40,814 nucleotides of DNA from Acidobacteriota bacterium (GTDB taxonomy: Bacteria; Acidobacteriota; Thermoanaerobaculia; UBA5066; Gp7-AA6), in contig QHVV01000080.1 of NCBI GenBank assembly GCA_003222385.1, positions 20,129 through 60,942 on the forward strand, given 5' to 3'. The translations under genes were made by a program, and so were the position numbers. Below the pieces are notes generated by a model that saw nothing but the letters and a program-made list of their open reading frames with translations, had not been told where the DNA came from and did not search any database. Every line of letters starts with the position of its first letter. Position 1 is the stretch's first letter. Positions 38,098 through 40,814 of the stretch are shown here, piece after piece.

Positions 38098-40380
38098 TCA
38101 GGTCCGCAGGCGCGCGAGCAGGAAGGCCGCGCCGGTCGAGAACAGGACGTGCGGTGACCAGGCGGCGAGCGGGGGAGGCAGGGCTCCGACGTCTCCCAGC
38201 TTCGAGAAGAGGGCGCTCGCGATCAGGAAGACCATCCCGAGCACGAGCCCCACTCCGATTCCGGCGAGCGTCCCGCGCCTGCCGATCCGGAACGCGAAGG
38301 GGATCCCGAGCAGAGCCATCAGGGGAACGAGCAGCGGCCGCGCGATCTTCGACTGGAGCGCTGTCTCCAGCGAGGCCGTCGGGTATCCGCTCCGCTGGAG
38401 CCGCCGCGTGAAGCGCTGGAGCTCGCGGAACCGCATCTCCTCGGGGGTCCGGTGTTCGGCGGAGAACGCCGGGGGCGGATCGCCCGCCGTCCTCTCTTCC
38501 AGGAACGTCGCGAAGGAGATCGTCTCGCCTCCCGAGAGCTCCCGCGTCCAGCCCTGCCGGAGAACCCAGGTCCGTGAGTCGGCGTCCCACGTCGCTTCAC
38601 GCGCGGACGTCCGTCGCACCAGGTCGAACTCCCGGTCGAACTGATAGATCGACGGCGAGGCGAGCGCTCGCCCGGCCTCGCTCTCCTCGCGGTGCCAGAT
38701 CCGACCGTCGCGCGCGTAATACCAGTTCCGCTCGGAGGGCGTCCGCAGCTTCCAGTCGGCGGGATGTCCCGCGATCCGGTTGCGATAGCGGATCTCCTTC
38801 TGCTTGGCGATCGGGAGGGCATATTCGCCGATCGAGAAGGCGAGGAGCGCGCCGACCGCGGCTGCCACGAAGATCGGCGCTCCGAGACGACGGACCGAAA
38901 CGCCGCCCGCCTTGAAAGCCGTGTCCTCGTTGTTCCTGGAGAAGATCCCGAGGCTGACGAGGGTCGCGATGAGGACGGCGAACGGCGCCAGCTCCATCGC
39001 GATCGACAGGAGAAAAGCCTGGTAGTACCCGACGACCACGACTCCGGGCGGCTTGTTCGTCAGGATCTCGTCCGCCTTGTCCGAATAGTCGACGACGACC
39101 GAAAGGAGGAGGACCGATGCGAAAACGTAGAGGAGCGTCGAGAAGAAGCGGGCGAGCACGTACCGATCCATCAGAGCCGGAAACCGCAGGATCCCGCCGA
39201 GCCAGGCGCGGCGGGAGGATTCCACCGCGGCGGCGGGGGCTCCGCGGCGCCGGAGCTTCCAGGTCCACCGGCCGCGCTCCTTCCCGGAGCGCCGCGCTGC
39301 GACGAGACCGAGCCCGATCAGCACGAGGTTGGGGAGCCACATGGCAAGCGCCGGGCTCATCCTTCCGTCCTCGGCCCACGACTCTCCGTTGGAAATCAGG
39401 ACGTAGTACACGACCAGGATCGCGAGAGAGATCGCGAAGCCGCTGCCCTTTCCGCCGCGGCGAAACGTGTCGGCGAGCGGGATGCCGACGAACGCAAAGG
39501 CGAAGCACGCGAACGGAATCGAGAACTTCTTGTGGATCTCGACGAGCGCCAGGCGGCGTCTCTCCGGGGACACGTTGCGCTGCCGGACGACCTGGAGGAG
39601 CTCCGGCAGCGACTGGGCGCGCAGACCCTTCTCGTAGGTGATTCGCGACTGGACGGCCTCCTCGATGTCCTCGGAAAAAAGGATCCGCTGGAACTCGTTG
39701 CGATTCGTGCGATAGCGCGACGGATTGGCGGGATCGACGTCGTGGACGACCGAAGCGAAGAGGTCGAGCCAGAGCCGGCCGTGATCGAGCGCGAGCGCAC
39801 CCCGGCGGGCGACGATGACCCGGTCGTTCCTCTCGTCGTCCTCGCCGAGCTTCAGGAAGACTCCCTCGAAAGACCGGCCGTCGACACCGATGCGGTCGAA
39901 GAAAAGCGTGACCCCGGCTCGCGGCTCGCGAAAGGTCCGGGGCTCGACGAGGTTGACGACCGAGGTCGCCGCGAGCCGTGCCATCGACCTCGTCAGCGCT
40001 TCGTTCGCTCGGGGCAGCACGAGGTTGTAGAAGAGAAACACCCCGGCCGAGAGAAGTGCCGCGGCGCCGAGCGCCGGCCGGTAAACAGCCCAGGGGCCCA
40101 CGCCGCAGGACCGCATCGCGACGAGCTCCGAGTCGCCCGAGAGCCGTCCGATCCCGATCAGGACCCCGAGCAGGAACGCCATCGGCAGCGTCAGCACGAG
40201 AATCCACGGAATCGATAGGAGAACGAGCCAGCCGACCTCGGAAAGCGATGCGCTGCGCCGCACAAAGAACTCCGTCATCAGGAAGATCGTCCGCACGAGC
40301 AGGATGAACGTGTAGGCCGCGAACCCCAGCAGGAACGGCGGCCAGATCTCTCGGACGACGGACCGGGAGAGGAGCCTCAT
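38098..40380 (-). CDS. lptFG: fused LPS export permease LptF-LptG
   Basis: Two tandem LptF/G modules: GRLSGDSELVAM..EIHKKFSIP..WLPN, then MDRYV..SRNNEDTAFKAGG..AWSP. Confidence 0.9.
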   Translation of the reverse strand: MRLLSRSVVREIWPPFLLGFAAYTFILLVRTIFLMTEFFVRRSASLSEVGWLVLLSIPWILVLTLPMAFLLGVLIGIGRLSGDSELVAMRSCGVGPWAVYRPALGAAALLSAGVFLFYNLVLPRANEALTRSMARLAATSVVNLVEPRTFREPRAGVTLFFDRIGVDGRSFEGVFLKLGEDDERNDRVIVARRGALALDHGRLWLDLFASVVHDVDPANPSRYRTNRNEFQRILFSEDIEEAVQSRITYEKGLRAQSLPELLQVVRQRNVSPERRRLALVEIHKKFSIPFACFAFAFVGIPLADTFRRGGKGSGFAISLAILVVYYVLISNGESWAEDGRMSPALAMWLPNLVLIGLGLVAARRSGKERGRWTWKLRRRGAPAAAVESSRRAWLGGILRFPALMDRYVLARFFSTLLYVFASVLLLSVVVDYSDKADEILTNKPPGVVVVGYYQAFLLSIAMELAPFAVLIATLVSLGIFSRNNEDTAFKAGGVSVRRLGAPIFVAAAVGALLAFSIGEYALPIAKQKEIRYRNRIAGHPADWKLRTPSERNWYYARDGRIWHREESEAGRALASPSIYQFDREFDLVRRTSAREATWDADSRTWVLRQGWTRELSGGETISFATFLEERTAGDPPPAFSAEHRTPEEMRFRELQRFTRRLQRSGYPTASLETALQSKIARPLLVPLMALLGIPFAFRIGRRGTLAGIGVGLVLGMVFLIASALFSKLGDVGALPPPLAAWSPHVLFSTGAAFLLARLRT

Positions 40381-40509
40381 CGCGAGAGAAGCCTCCGCGG
40401 TGGATGGCCGAGAGTCAAGGGGACCGCCGGGGAAGGGTTTCCGGGCCGGGGTCTGCCGGTCGCGCGGCCCCAATTCGAGCCATCGACAACGTCCGATAGC
40501 CGATCCGTA

Positions 40510-40537
40510 ATGTCTGATAAGATAGATTATGTAAAAT
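40510..40537. other. dif-like XerC/XerD recombination site
   Basis: ATGTCTGATAA-GATAGA-TTATGTAAAAT: 11-6-11 layout with inner ATAA/TTAT. The right arm differs by one base from the E. coli XerD arm TTATGTTAAAT. It is an AT-rich island in intergenic DNA. Confidence 0.88.
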
Positions 40538-40549
40538 CACGGTCGGGGC

Positions 40550-40814
40550 TCAGCCGAACTCGTCCGATTCGGGATCCCAGAAAGGCCCCTCGAGCCCGAT
40601 TCCCGCGAAGATCCGGCGGATCTCGTCGGGCTGCGGCCGGCGCGCGCCGGGCGTCAGCCGGGTGTCGTACCAGGCCACGGCGCGGCGCCACAGCTGGTCG
40701 AGCGAAAGGATCGGTCGCCTCGGGATCCCGCGCTCCCGGCACCAGGCGCCCACGCTTTCCTCCGACCGGAAGATCGTGCTTCAGGTGTAGACGAGGTCCG
40801 CCCACCACTTCGCG
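40550..40814 (-). CDS. 3' part of a MerB-like (organomercurial lyase family) protein with in-frame UGA, probable selenoprotein; 5' end outside the window
   Basis: Minus frame reads AKWWADLVYT-UGA-STIFRSEESVGAWC...LDQLWRRAVAWYDTRL...IFAGIGLEGPFW; UGA at 40783-40781. Confidence 0.75.
40751..40778 (-). promoter_or_regulatory. candidate bacterial SECIS hairpin
   Basis: Just 3' of the UGA: CACG-A-UCUUCC-[GGUC]-GGAGGA-AAG-CGUG, a two-part stem with a G-led apical loop. Confidence 0.55.

Overview
A high-GC bacterial chromosome segment. The gene set (fused LptF-LptG, PEGA-type Ser/Thr kinase, HAMP-SpoIIE phosphatase, YXWGXW protein) suggests Acidobacteriota, but this is inference. About 37 tightly packed genes are mostly housekeeping or metabolic: frameshifted prfB, a thiolase-hbd-crotonase operon, a leuA-like gene, xerD, guaA, dnaE, a tRNA nucleotidyltransferase, rsmD, metK, ahcY, a KdoO-like hydroxylase and lptFG. 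There is no CRISPR array, rRNA, tRNA, transposase or prophage. The best signals lie outside the ORF track. (1) A 28-bp dif-like XerCD site at 40510-40537 suggests the replication terminus and has a degenerate extra half-site 21 bp upstream. (2) Directly beside it, a MerB-like gene has an in-frame UGA at the catalytic-Cys position followed by a SECIS-like hairpin, so it is a probable selenoprotein. (3) Two copies of a ~93-bp inverted-repeat element sit between convergent genes. (4) TAnnnT boxes 7-9 nt before the start codons of many operon-leading genes suggest widespread leaderless transcripts. All family calls come from motif recognition only; no database search was run.
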